A stretch of DNA of 64,000 nucleotides from NCBI GenBank assembly GCA_902562835.1, contig CACEUX010000002.1, positions 35,104 through 99,103 of the forward strand. Direction: 5' to 3'. The translations under genes were made by a program, and so were the position numbers. This DNA is from an uncultured Fidelibacterota bacterium (lineage in GTDB: Bacteria > Fidelibacterota > Marinisomatia > Marinisomatales > UBA1611). The notes beneath the pieces are model-generated. The model saw nothing but the letters and a program-made list of their open reading frames with translations. It was not told the origin of the DNA and searched no databases. Positions 38,404 through 47,997 of this stretch are shown here, in pieces. How positions within the stretch are numbered: the stretch's first letter is position 1; every line of letters starts with the position of its first letter.

Positions 38404-40132
38404 TTAATTTGTTTTGGTGAATGGTAATACCATTTCCATTTTGCTTTTTAGTCGCGTACATAGCTTTGTCAGCAAATTCAATCAATTCTCTAATACTCTC
38501 TGTATGGGTTGGATATTCAGACATACCGCCTGAAATAGTTAATCTAGCTTCAACACCATCCATAGAAAATTCATAATCTGCGATATTATCAACAATTCTT
38601 TGTGCAACCATATTAGACATGGCTGCAGTGGTATTAATTAATATGATTGCAAACTCTTCACCACCATAACGAGCAACAACGTCAACCGCACGTACATTAT
38701 CAATCATAATTTTTGCAGTAGTTTGAATAACATAATCTCCATATTGATGTCCAAGGGTATCATTTACATTTTTAAACTTATCTAAATCAAACATCATAAC
38801 AGCCATCTTCTGTTGGAAACGCGCGGCACGCTGTATTTCATCGTTAAACCTCTCTTTAAATGTTTGATGGTTTAAAAGGCCTGAAAGACCATCATGAGTC
38901 GCATTATTATGAATCTTTTCGTATTCATATCTCCAATGTAATGCAGAACCTAAGACTTGCCCTATCAATTCAAGATCTTTTAATTCAGAGCTAGTGAAAG
39001 AACGTTCTTCAAATCTCTCTAGAACAATAGAACCTCTGCATTCCCCTTCAATAATTATAGGAGCCGCAATAACAGATTTATAATTACTTTCTGATTCTGA
39101 AGATTTAAATCTTGAAATATTTGGATGTGAGTTCCTCCAATCTGAAGTTATTATTGATATTCCATTAACCACAGGCAGCCCATGTAGTGAACCATTAGTT
39201 GGAAATTCAGTCCCTTCAACAAATTCATCCTTCTCTCCGTCTGTCAGCTTGATAATAGATATCACACCTTTATCATGCTTTCTTCTATTTTCAGTCTCCT
39301 TACGCACTGAGACTGTTATTCTATCATATTGAAAAAAGGTCCTTAGTAGATATTTGAATTGGTTAAAGATATTCTGTGCATCAGACTTATAGTCTAGGTT
39401 AAATAAAATTTCTAATATCAGTGACTTGCTATCCTCTCCAAGAATATGTTTGTCAAGACTCTCTAGATTCTCCAAACCAAATGATACGAATTCTCCCATC
39501 TTTTTAAAGGTATTCATTTCATTATCTGTTGCATCTGTGAAATGATCAATCGATGTGAGAATAAATCCAGCGATATTGCCATGTAATTTTATTGGACTAA
39601 ATATAGCACATTCACTCCCTCGCCAATTTTGACCGAAAAAGAGCTCAGACCAAATATCCGGGTGGTCTTTTTGATGTAATTTTTTATTTTGATCTATATA
39701 TTTTTTTATTTGAATATTACCAGCTGAGATTACATCAGCAAATTCACCAGCCTTGCCCTCTTGCAGTGTAAATACCTGCTTTATAGGGTCAATGATATAT
39801 ATTGCTGACTTACAGTTAGGATTTATTGAAGTCCCTGTTGCGATAACCAGGGATGTTAAATTCTCATAAAGATCTTTAGTGCTATTTTTTGATTTTATAG
39901 TACTGATGTCAAAAGATATGCTTGGATTTTGTGATGGTAATTCAGGTATTGTGAATTCGCCTAGGACCTTGTTATAAAACATAAGAATTACAATGGTTGC
40001 AATGATAATGAGATATTTTAATAAGTTACTGAATGTTGATAACGAATCGGGGATGAAGAAATAAATAAATACTATGAAGCAAAATACAGTTAATGCCTTA
40101 GAAAATAATTGTAGGTTATCATTTGAAGCCAT
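38381..40132 (-). CDS. Membrane-anchored GAF-domain diguanylate cyclase (GGDEF)
   Basis: Two N-terminal TM helices, two GAF-like regions, and a GGDEF domain with the active site GGEEF (nt 38651-38665). An intact I-site, RAVD, lies five residues upstream. Confidence 0.88.
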   Translation of the reverse strand: MASNDNLQLFSKALTVFCFIVFIYFFIPDSLSTFSNLLKYLIIIATIVILMFYNKVLGEFTIPELPSQNPSISFDISTIKSKNSTKDLYENLTSLVIATGTSINPNCKSAIYIIDPIKQVFTLQEGKAGEFADVISAGNIQIKKYIDQNKKLHQKDHPDIWSELFFGQNWRGSECAIFSPIKLHGNIAGFILTSIDHFTDATDNEMNTFKKMGEFVSFGLENLESLDKHILGEDSKSLILEILFNLDYKSDAQNIFNQFKYLLRTFFQYDRITVSVRKETENRRKHDKGVISIIKLTDGEKDEFVEGTEFPTNGSLHGLPVVNGISIITSDWRNSHPNISRFKSSESESNYKSVIAAPIIIEGECRGSIVLERFEERSFTSSELKDLELIGQVLGSALHWRYEYEKIHNNATHDGLSGLLNHQTFKERFNDEIQRAARFQQKMAVMMFDLDKFKNVNDTLGHQYGDYVIQTTAKIMIDNVRAVDVVARYGGEEFAIILINTTAAMSNMVAQRIVDNIADYEFSMDGVEARLTISGGMSEYPTHTESIRELIEFADKAMYATKKQNGNGITIHQNKLNEDDSIS

Positions 40133-40206
40133 AATAAAAAATCCTCGTCGGGAAAATTAGCAAGTTTGGACGGAGATTGAAACCTGTTTGAGAATTTTAT
40201 AATTTT

Positions 40207-40749
40207 CTAATCATTTACAAATTGTATCTTTTTAGAATAATCTTTTTTTAGTTGAGTTATTGAATCGACACTTAACGAATCATCTGTTAAATCAGTTAAG
40301 AAACTATTAGAATTATCCTTGACATTAATTGGGTCTCGAAAGGCATTATCATCTACTTTTTCATTTGTAGTATATAGAGTTTTCGAATTTTTGATGTCAA
40401 GAGATGGAGAGAAAATTTGAATGCTGATAAAGACAAAAGCCATTATTAGCCCTGTCATAAAAGACGCATGGATAGGTGTAAAACCAGCTATCATCCACTT
40501 ATTTGGCGACTCACTTTTTATTCCATCAGGTTTTGACTTTATTTTATCAAATAATCGGTCATTGAATGTTTTACTGGCTTTTACCTTTGGTAAACCTTTT
40601 ACATTATTAATATTAAATCGTATCGAATTGACCAATGCTTCTGCATCCGTATTGTTATTAAGGTAATCCTCAAACTCTTTTCTTTTGCCTAGGGGAAGTT
40701 CATTATCAATATATTCTGATATTAAATCTTCAAATTGGTAGCGATTCAT
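40207..40749 (-). CDS. Anti-sigma factor (single-pass, non-zinc type)
   Basis: It lies directly downstream of the ECF sigma gene. The N-terminus FEDLISEYIDNELPLGKRKEFEDYL matches the anti-sigma N-terminal helix pattern but lacks the HxxxCxxC zinc ligands. A central TM helix is present. Confidence 0.65.
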   Translation of the reverse strand: MNRYQFEDLISEYIDNELPLGKRKEFEDYLNNNTDAEALVNSIRFNINNVKGLPKVKASKTFNDRLFDKIKSKPDGIKSESPNKWMIAGFTPIHASFMTGLIMAFVFISIQIFSPSLDIKNSKTLYTTNEKVDDNAFRDPINVKDNSNSFLTDLTDDSLSVDSITQLKKDYSKKIQFVND

Positions 40750-40776
40750 CTATATGTTAAACTCCTATTTTTAAAA

Positions 40777-41394
40777 TTATTTTAAATCTTGTAATTCTGC
40801 TTGTAACTGTAACCTTGCTCTATTAATCCTGGATTTTACTGTACCAAGTGGAACTCCAACTATATTACTTATATCATCGTAAGAAAGTTCCTGAATATCT
40901 CTTAGAATTATTACGGTTTTAAAATGTTCAGGCAATTCTCTAATTGCCGCATGAATACGGTCTCTAATAAATTCATTTTGTAAATTTTGATTTAAATCAG
41001 CTTGAACTGCTGGTATGTCATACTGACGATCATCTTTTGTCATTCGACTTATATATGTTGTTTTTCGTCTTTTCTTCTTTCTTAGCTCTGTATTCGCAAG
41101 GTTCCGAGCAATGGTGTAAATCCATGTTGAGAACTTAGCAATTTCACGATAGTAATGTTTTTTTTCGTAAAGTTTAATCATGGTTTCTTGCACGACATCT
41201 TCAGCCTGTTCAAAATCACCAAAGAATGGATAAACAAAATTGATTAGTCTATCTCTATAACGATTAACTAATTCAATATAGGCTCTCTCATCTCCTGACT
41301 GAAATCGCGCTATCAATTGCTCATCTGTGTAAACAAATGGTGATTGTTGTCTATTTAAGGACATGTCCAATGAGTTGGATAAGTTCTGTTTCAT
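40777..41394 (-). CDS. ECF-type RNA polymerase sigma-70 family factor
   Basis: Region 2 (DVVQETMIKLY...FSTWIYTIARN) and region 4 (LRDIQELSYDDISNIVGVPLGTVKSRINRAR). The start may be the internal ATG at 41364. Confidence 0.9.
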   Translation of the reverse strand: MKQNLSNSLDMSLNRQQSPFVYTDEQLIARFQSGDERAYIELVNRYRDRLINFVYPFFGDFEQAEDVVQETMIKLYEKKHYYREIAKFSTWIYTIARNLANTELRKKKRRKTTYISRMTKDDRQYDIPAVQADLNQNLQNEFIRDRIHAAIRELPEHFKTVIILRDIQELSYDDISNIVGVPLGTVKSRINRARLQLQAELQDLK

Positions 41395-42325
41395 CTAATG
41401 AGTATGTTGTCTTCTGTCGTTTATCAATATCACCCAGCATTTTAAGTGTGGAATCCAGCCTTTCAATAGTAAACTGCTTTGCAAATTGTGGTATACGCTT
41501 TTTTAATGATGGTGGTATAGGTGTGTAACCCTGATATTCTTTAAAAGTTCCCTTTTTCATTTTAAAAAATAATAATTCTTGAAATAAAGTTGTTAGAGGA
41601 TAAATCAATGCAATCATAGAGTCATGCTTTGTTATAATAGCTTTACCAAGCTTTATAGATTTTGAATAATCTTTATCAGCCAAAGCTGTTAGAAATTCCC
41701 AGCGTTGCCTATCTCGCTTCCAGCCAGAAAACAGTTCAATATCTTCGGCTTCAATATTATTTCTTTCGCCTATAAAAAGGCAAATTTTCTCTATTTCATT
41801 ATCTAAATGCGCCACAGAGTCTCCAGCCATATCTACCATTATCTGCTGAACCTTGCTAACTGCAGCCTTACCTCTTTTATTTATCAAATAATTTGCCCAT
41901 TTTCCCATATCATTGATAAATGGTGTCTGCACATCAATTGGGTTAACTAACGTTTCGATTTTTTTAAAAAATGCTGTTTTTGTGATCCAATCATCACTGA
42001 TTAAAACAATGAAATGATTATCAATTGTATTTTCACATAAGGAAATTAAGTCCAATGAGGCTCTACCTTTCAATTTTTGGGGATCTCTTAAGATAAACAG
42101 TTTTCTTTCAGAAAATAAATCCATGGTCGTAAGTCTATCTACTATCTCTTTACCAGTCATCTCATCAGGAAGCATTAATATCCTATTCTCATTTTGATTA
42201 ACAAAAATTTCTTTCGCTAGTTCGTCTATCAAAAAATTTTGAAGAAAATGATCATTCCCTTTCAAAAAATATACAGGGTGTAAAACACCTGTTTTTATAT
42301 CATTAATCGCTTCTCTTAACTTCAT
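41351..42325 (-). CDS. holA: DNA polymerase III delta subunit
   Basis: 324 aa. The N-terminus ...HPVYFLKGNDHFL and the overall HolA-like pattern (FSERKLFILRD) are present. Confidence 0.8.
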   Translation of the reverse strand: MKLREAINDIKTGVLHPVYFLKGNDHFLQNFLIDELAKEIFVNQNENRILMLPDEMTGKEIVDRLTTMDLFSERKLFILRDPQKLKGRASLDLISLCENTIDNHFIVLISDDWITKTAFFKKIETLVNPIDVQTPFINDMGKWANYLINKRGKAAVSKVQQIMVDMAGDSVAHLDNEIEKICLFIGERNNIEAEDIELFSGWKRDRQRWEFLTALADKDYSKSIKLGKAIITKHDSMIALIYPLTTLFQELLFFKMKKGTFKEYQGYTPIPPSLKKRIPQFAKQFTIERLDSTLKMLGDIDKRQKTTYSLDETELIQLIGHVLK

Positions 42326-43766
42326 CTGGATAATAAATACTTACTATGTACACCGCAATAAATGCAAAAACAAAACTTGATAAACGTTCAGTCATTACAG
42401 ATCTCAAAATGGAAATATTTGCCCATATGATTGTGGTCAGGAACCCCGTTACAAGACCAGAAATAACTCCTTTTCTAGATGTTTTATCCCACCATAACGT
42501 CATGACCAAGACAGGACCAAATGCAGAACCTAAGCCACTCCAAGCATAGCTTACGACCCCAAAAATATTTCTGCCCTTAAATTGAGAATAAAATGCAATA
42601 CAATACGCTATAAGACCAAGGAGAATAATCATGAATCTACTTAGTTTTACTAGACTCTTATCAGATAGGTCCATTTTAAGAAATTGATGAAAAAAATCTT
42701 CTGTCACAGCAGATGTTGAAACAAGAAGCTGAGAGTCTGCAGTAGACATCATAGCCGCAACTGCTCCCGATATAAATAGACCAGCTATAATTGGATGCAA
42801 TAATTCACTAGCTAGCATAGGCATAGCTTGTTCTGGATCTATTTGCTGAAAAAAAGCTGGACCGAAGTGCATTAGTGCTACGATACCAACAAGAAATGCT
42901 CCTATAATACCAGGAATGGCCCAAGCAATAGCAATTTTTCTAGCTAGTTTAATATCTGCTGGATTTCTTATAGCCATGTACCTTATTATTAAGTGAGGTT
43001 GTCCTAAGTAACCCAAACCCCAGCTGAGTCCACCTAAAACAAGAATAATTGCTTCAATGCCTATTTTGCCACTGACCAGAGATTGATTATTATTTCCAAA
43101 TATTAATCCTGCCGAATAAAGTGTATCCATCATCGATTGTTCAGAGTTAGATAATTCAACAAAGCCAACTAAGGGTAATATGACCAAAGTCCCTATCATA
43201 AGGATGCCCTGTATTAAATCGGTCCAAGCAACCGCAAGAAACCCTCCCATCAGTGTATAAATAATAATAATAGAAGCACCAATAGATATTCCAGCTACGG
43301 GATCTATTTTAAACAATGAGTGAAGGACTTTACCCGAGGCATGGAATTGAGCAGAGACATAAAAAAGAAAGAAAAATGCTATTATTAAGGCTGAAAATAG
43401 CCTAATAATATTCGATTCATCATCAAAACGTCTATGTAGGTATTCAGGAATAGTAAGAGCATTATATTTTTCAGTTTGCTCGCGTAATTTTTCTGCGATG
43501 ATATACCATGAACAAGTAATTCCAGTTATGATACCAATTACAGACCATAATTCACCCATCCCAATGGTAATTGCAGCACCTGGCAGGGCTAACAGTAGCC
43601 AGGCGGATTCTCCAGAAGCCCTCTCAGAAAATGCAGTAACCCAAGGACCCAGTTTCCTTCCAGCTAAAAAATAATCCTCTTGAGTATTATTGTACCGAAA
43701 AGTCAAGACACCTACTCCCATCAAAAAGCATAAGTAGGAAATGAATATTAAACTAATTAGATCCAT
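42303..43766 (-). CDS. putP: Sodium/proline symporter-like SSS transporter
   Basis: DYFLAGRKLGPWV and GYLGQPHLIIRYMA motifs are typical of PutP/PanF. The internal ATG at 43766 (MDLISLIF...) is preferred, because the ORF-track start (43853) overlaps uppP by 97 nt. Confidence 0.75.
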   Translation of the reverse strand: MDLISLIFISYLCFLMGVGVLTFRYNNTQEDYFLAGRKLGPWVTAFSERASGESAWLLLALPGAAITIGMGELWSVIGIITGITCSWYIIAEKLREQTEKYNALTIPEYLHRRFDDESNIIRLFSALIIAFFFLFYVSAQFHASGKVLHSLFKIDPVAGISIGASIIIIYTLMGGFLAVAWTDLIQGILMIGTLVILPLVGFVELSNSEQSMMDTLYSAGLIFGNNNQSLVSGKIGIEAIILVLGGLSWGLGYLGQPHLIIRYMAIRNPADIKLARKIAIAWAIPGIIGAFLVGIVALMHFGPAFFQQIDPEQAMPMLASELLHPIIAGLFISGAVAAMMSTADSQLLVSTSAVTEDFFHQFLKMDLSDKSLVKLSRFMIILLGLIAYCIAFYSQFKGRNIFGVVSYAWSGLGSAFGPVLVMTLWWDKTSRKGVISGLVTGFLTTIIWANISILRSVMTERLSSFVFAFIAVYIVSIYYPDEVKRSD

Positions 43767-44524
43767 TTGTAAAAAACCGTTAAAAAGCCAATACAAAAAC
43801 AGTATAATCCAAAGTAGTGAAATTTGCCACTTTGTACTAGGCCAAGTAACCATTTGAGAGAAAGATAACCTACAATAAATGAGCTTAGTAAGCCTGCAAG
43901 TGCAACTGGCGCTCTGACCTGTAGACCACTGTCAATATCAAATAACATTAGTAAACCAGCTCCAAAAATTGCAGGTATGGCTAATAAGAAAGAGAACCTC
44001 GTCGATTCTTTAGCACTCAGGCCAAGGAAAAGAGCACAACTTATTGTCATGCCACTCCTAGAGATTCCAGGAATAATTGCCAATGCTTGGGCAAGACCAA
44101 TCGTAAAAGAAATTTTATAAGAAATACTTTTTTCTACCTGTTTAAAAAATTTTGAAGTAAAAAGAATTATACCTGTAAAAACCAATGCAATTCCTACAAC
44201 ATAAATATTATCAAAAAATGAATCAATAGTATCTTTCAAACCGAGACCAAATAAAACAGCGGGAATTGTCCCAAGAATAATAAAATATATAAATTGCTGG
44301 GTTTGATTTTTTCTAATTGATAGCAAAAGTGATTTTATGTCACTAAAGAATATGACTAGTATACTTGCTAGAGTGCCCATATGGACTAAAACCTCAAACT
44401 TATTACCCGGTTGATTTATACCAAGAAACTCTTGTGCAAGTACAAGATGCCCAGAACTACTAATTGGCAAAAATTCAGTAATACCCTGAATAATCCCAAG
44501 TATAATACCATCGATGATTGTCAT
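43757..44524 (-). CDS. uppP: Undecaprenyl-diphosphate phosphatase
   Basis: GITEFLPISSSGHL and PGISRSG, the BacA/UppP signature motifs. Confidence 0.93.
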   Translation of the reverse strand: MTIIDGIILGIIQGITEFLPISSSGHLVLAQEFLGINQPGNKFEVLVHMGTLASILVIFFSDIKSLLLSIRKNQTQQFIYFIILGTIPAVLFGLGLKDTIDSFFDNIYVVGIALVFTGIILFTSKFFKQVEKSISYKISFTIGLAQALAIIPGISRSGMTISCALFLGLSAKESTRFSFLLAIPAIFGAGLLMLFDIDSGLQVRAPVALAGLLSSFIVGYLSLKWLLGLVQSGKFHYFGLYCFCIGFLTVFYKWI

Positions 44525-44573
44525 AAAATTAATATGGAAGTTTATTAGACAGTTAAAGAAAATAGGAATATGA

Positions 44574-45269
44574 TTATTTAATACCTATTAAACCTATCAT
44601 ACGTCCCGCATTTTTCCCATTACGGCGATAAGAATGATACATAGAATCAAGACAAAAGGTGCAATCATTCATTATAGTTATTTTATTAATATCAAACCCC
44701 AATTGTGACAAGCTATTATATGCTGATTGTTGTAGGTCCACCTGGAACTTCTCATCGCTTTTCGGGATAATAAATTGACGGTCAAATTGATCCACAACAT
44801 CATTTCTGACTTCAAAACAACAACTTTGGATAGAAGGCCCAATTAAAATTTCAAATTCCATTAGATTATATTTTTTTTCAGTTAAGGTAAAAGCTGACTT
44901 AGTAAGAATACCATTTACAAGACCTCTCCAACCAGCATGTATTAAGCCGAATACTATTTTATACTTATGAGCAAAATATATAGGCATGCAATCTGCAACC
45001 TGGATAGAACATACATTTTTAGGACTATCAGAGAAAGCACCGTCACAATCAGGTATTTTTCCTTCACTTTCACAAAAAATAATATTGCTGGAGTGTGTTT
45101 GTTGAGGAATGATAAGACGTTTAGAATTAAAACCAACTGCTTTAGCAAATGATTGCCTACTTGCTTTTTTGCCTATAGATGATGATTTTAGACTAAATAC
45201 AGCTTTTATCTTTTCATTAGTAAAACTAGTTGAAATTTTTACCCAATTATCTTTTCTCATAGGAATCAA
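44574..45269 (-). CDS. pgeF: YfiH/PgeF-family purine nucleoside phosphorylase / peptidoglycan editing factor (laccase-domain protein)
   Basis: Conserved QTHS, VADCMPI and HAGWRG motifs, which supply the His-Cys-His ligands. Confidence 0.85.
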   Translation of the reverse strand: MIPMRKDNWVKISTSFTNEKIKAVFSLKSSSIGKKASRQSFAKAVGFNSKRLIIPQQTHSSNIIFCESEGKIPDCDGAFSDSPKNVCSIQVADCMPIYFAHKYKIVFGLIHAGWRGLVNGILTKSAFTLTEKKYNLMEFEILIGPSIQSCCFEVRNDVVDQFDRQFIIPKSDEKFQVDLQQSAYNSLSQLGFDINKITIMNDCTFCLDSMYHSYRRNGKNAGRMIGLIGIK

Positions 45270-47106
45270 TTAGTTTAACTCCATCGTATATCCCAAGATT
45301 GGTTAATCTATTATTGGAATATTGTAATACCTGCGCTGATCCATTCTCATTATGATTCTTGCCAAAAAATATTATGGATGTATGTTCACCGTAAAAACCA
45401 GAATGATTTCTAAGCTTTTCTAAAAACTGCCTGCGTTTCAAGATATTTTGTGAACTAATAGATTGAATAAAAGAAACATGGTCTTGCGCTAAAGAAAAAT
45501 AATTTGAAAAAGAATCTTGGTCTCCATTTGATATAGCCGAATTAACATCTGAAATAACATGCATACCTGAAATATGTGGCCCAATTACTTCTTTATTCAA
45601 TAAAGTCATATCTAACCAATTTTCATTTCCAAATAATACTGTATTTAAGTTGTAAAGGGGTAATTGAGTACCGATGTATGTTAATTCATCAGGCCTAATT
45701 GGGATATATAAAGCTTCGATTGTTTCTAAAACAATTTTGGCTGAATCTTTGCGATCCATTATATCTTTCTCAGGAGGAAGTTCAAAAAAGTCTGTAACAT
45801 CAACATCAAAGAGAGCATCAAGACTATCAATCTCTAAATTAAGTGATGGGTCATCCTCTTCTTCCTCAGGAACTAATGCCCAAGCATTTCTTCGAATATT
45901 CTTCATCTGCCTAGAAACATTTTCAGGCTTTTCGATATACCACTCTACAGACACAGGATCGATACCAAGCTGGTGACACTCATTTAAAAAACAGTCCGTT
46001 ATTAATTTTGTTGCACCATCTCCGGGCGAAAGGACCGCTATATTTTCAAAATTCAGTTCTTTTATCATCATTTGTGCTGTTCTTTGAGCAATTGTCTTTT
46101 TGGATGGAGATAAGAAAAAGAGATTTTTTGCAACATCAGCCAGCCCTGGCGAAGCAGATTTTGGAACTAAAATTGGAACAGATGAGTTAGACCCTGATAA
46201 ACTTAATATCTCATCTTTTGTTAGGGGGCCTAGCATTGCTGTTATCTGTCCATTTGACTCTACCTGCTGTAAAATATTAAGCGTATTAACGCTTGAACCA
46301 GCAGAGTCATAAACTAAAAACCTAATGGATCGTAAATTGGCTTTTGATTTTAAATATTCAGATAAACCTAATAAGTATGATTGGCCTTTTTCCTTCTCAT
46401 AGCCTGATAAAGGAAGCACAACTGCAATAGAAATTGGTCTTTTTAAGGGCTCTTGGAGTATATTTTTTAGCGCACCATAAATACCTGAAAAGTGTCCAGG
46501 TAAATAAAAAGTATCAATCTCGTTAATTATCATATCTAGATCATAATTATCTCCATTTAACCAGGCTTGATATGCTCTAGTAAGATTAATAATTGAACGA
46601 TTAAAAGCATTTTTTTCTCTGAAAAGGAGTCCCTCCAAGGTTTCCTCTTTTAAACCAATCCCAATACAATTATATATTCTCTGGTCGATAATATTTAAAT
46701 ATATTAAATCATCAATTAAAGGCCGCGCATTTAGATAATATCTAAATGCATTTGTAGTTCTCCCCTGCCTTAAGAAAATATCACCCATTAATATATATGC
46801 ATCCATTTGGTAAGGACTATTTGGGTAATTAGACAATACTAATTTACATGACCGTTGTGCCTCATCAAACATTTCTAAGTTATATTGACATTTGGCCATT
46901 AATAATTGTGCTGCTGGATCACGGTATTCTCTTTCGTTTACCAAGATATTTTTAAAATAGTTTAATGCAAGGCTGTATCTACCTTGCTGATAAAATTTGA
47001 CAGACTTATTAAATTTTTGATAATAGGGTAGCGAATCAATTTCGCCAGCACGTCCAAATGAAATTGTTAATGTCGAAATAAAAAAGATCTTAAAATAGTT
47101 CATCAA
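45247..47106 (-). CDS. Exported TPR + type-1 periplasmic-binding-fold protein, LpoA/LppC-like
   Basis: A signal peptide and N-terminal TPR-like helices. The segment ISIAVVLPLSGYEKEKGQSYLLGLSEYL...IRFLVYDSAGS resembles the LpoA/Peripla_BP_6 N-lobe signature. Confidence 0.5.
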   Translation of the reverse strand: MMNYFKIFFISTLTISFGRAGEIDSLPYYQKFNKSVKFYQQGRYSLALNYFKNILVNEREYRDPAAQLLMAKCQYNLEMFDEAQRSCKLVLSNYPNSPYQMDAYILMGDIFLRQGRTTNAFRYYLNARPLIDDLIYLNIIDQRIYNCIGIGLKEETLEGLLFREKNAFNRSIINLTRAYQAWLNGDNYDLDMIINEIDTFYLPGHFSGIYGALKNILQEPLKRPISIAVVLPLSGYEKEKGQSYLLGLSEYLKSKANLRSIRFLVYDSAGSSVNTLNILQQVESNGQITAMLGPLTKDEILSLSGSNSSVPILVPKSASPGLADVAKNLFFLSPSKKTIAQRTAQMMIKELNFENIAVLSPGDGATKLITDCFLNECHQLGIDPVSVEWYIEKPENVSRQMKNIRRNAWALVPEEEEDDPSLNLEIDSLDALFDVDVTDFFELPPEKDIMDRKDSAKIVLETIEALYIPIRPDELTYIGTQLPLYNLNTVLFGNENWLDMTLLNKEVIGPHISGMHVISDVNSAISNGDQDSFSNYFSLAQDHVSFIQSISSQNILKRRQFLEKLRNHSGFYGEHTSIIFFGKNHNENGSAQVLQYSNNRLTNLGIYDGVKLIDSYEKR

Positions 47107-47127
47107 TTTATTTTAGTGAAAGATTAA

Positions 47128-47997
47128 TCATTTGTTAATATATATCAATTTTTCATATTCAAACTGAAGATATACATCTTTACTATTATTATGCCTATAA
47201 ATCCACTGTTCACTAATTCCATGCCTGCTTGAGGTGTAATTAACCTCATCAGGGTTACCAATAGCAATTCTCACTTGTCTTTCATTCATACCCAACTCTA
47301 TTTTCTTATTTACAATTTTACTTATGGTAACCCTACCCCAAGAGTAGGGTAAAGGTTCTGAATTATAATAATGATCTTGAATGCTAACACGCCCTTCATC
47401 ACCATTATACCTCACAAATGCCTCATCGCCTGTACTTGCTTTAGTTTTTAGCCAAATAGGGTGGTCATAACTAAGGTTTTGAAATGGAAACACATCCAAA
47501 ACTTTAACTGGCTCAAATCGTGTAAAGTTATATTCTGAAAAAGTATAAAAGCCATTAGAGTCAAAAGTATTATTAAGCCAAATGGTTTTACCAATCATTT
47601 TTTTTGCTTGGGAAAATACCTCCTCAAAAAGGAAGTAACTTGGAATTACATTATTATCAATCTCATTTAAATTAATTACCATCTTATATCGATTACCTTT
47701 TTGATCTTCAATTACTAAATATTCGTTAGTGAAAGTATTATAGGTTCCAATAATAGTATATTTTTTATCTAAAAGCTTATGGTAGGGTCTGAATCGATCT
47801 GAATGAAGCTTCGACCATATTCGATTAAAATTTTTAGTTCGTTTGTAATTATCATCTATGTCAGAAAAGTAAAAGTTCCTGCCTGACCAAGAATTAGAAT
47901 CAATCTGAATAAATGATTTATCAAAAAAAGAACATGATGAAACAATTAACGGTATTAAAACACAAACATATCTTAGGTACTTTGAACTTTGGATCAT
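47128..47997 (-). CDS. Hypothetical lipoprotein with BamE/SmpA_OmlA-like C-terminal domain
   Basis: Lipobox VSSCS. The C-terminal KIELGMNERQVRIAIGNPDEV...EQWIY fits the BamE-like G-M-x-x-x-Q-V pattern. Its ATG overlaps the stop codon of the MORN gene (TAATG). Confidence 0.5.
   Translation of the reverse strand: MIQSSKYLRYVCVLIPLIVSSCSFFDKSFIQIDSNSWSGRNFYFSDIDDNYKRTKNFNRIWSKLHSDRFRPYHKLLDKKYTIIGTYNTFTNEYLVIEDQKGNRYKMVINLNEIDNNVIPSYFLFEEVFSQAKKMIGKTIWLNNTFDSNGFYTFSEYNFTRFEPVKVLDVFPFQNLSYDHPIWLKTKASTGDEAFVRYNGDEGRVSIQDHYYNSEPLPYSWGRVTISKIVNKKIELGMNERQVRIAIGNPDEVNYTSSRHGISEQWIYRHNNSKDVYLQFEYEKLIYINK

Noticed and set aside
43767-43853. The N-terminal extension of the putP ORF given by the track (start 43853).
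   Set aside because: It would overlap uppP by 97 nt. The internal ATG at 43766 gives an N-terminus typical of SSS transporters, with only a 10-nt overlap.
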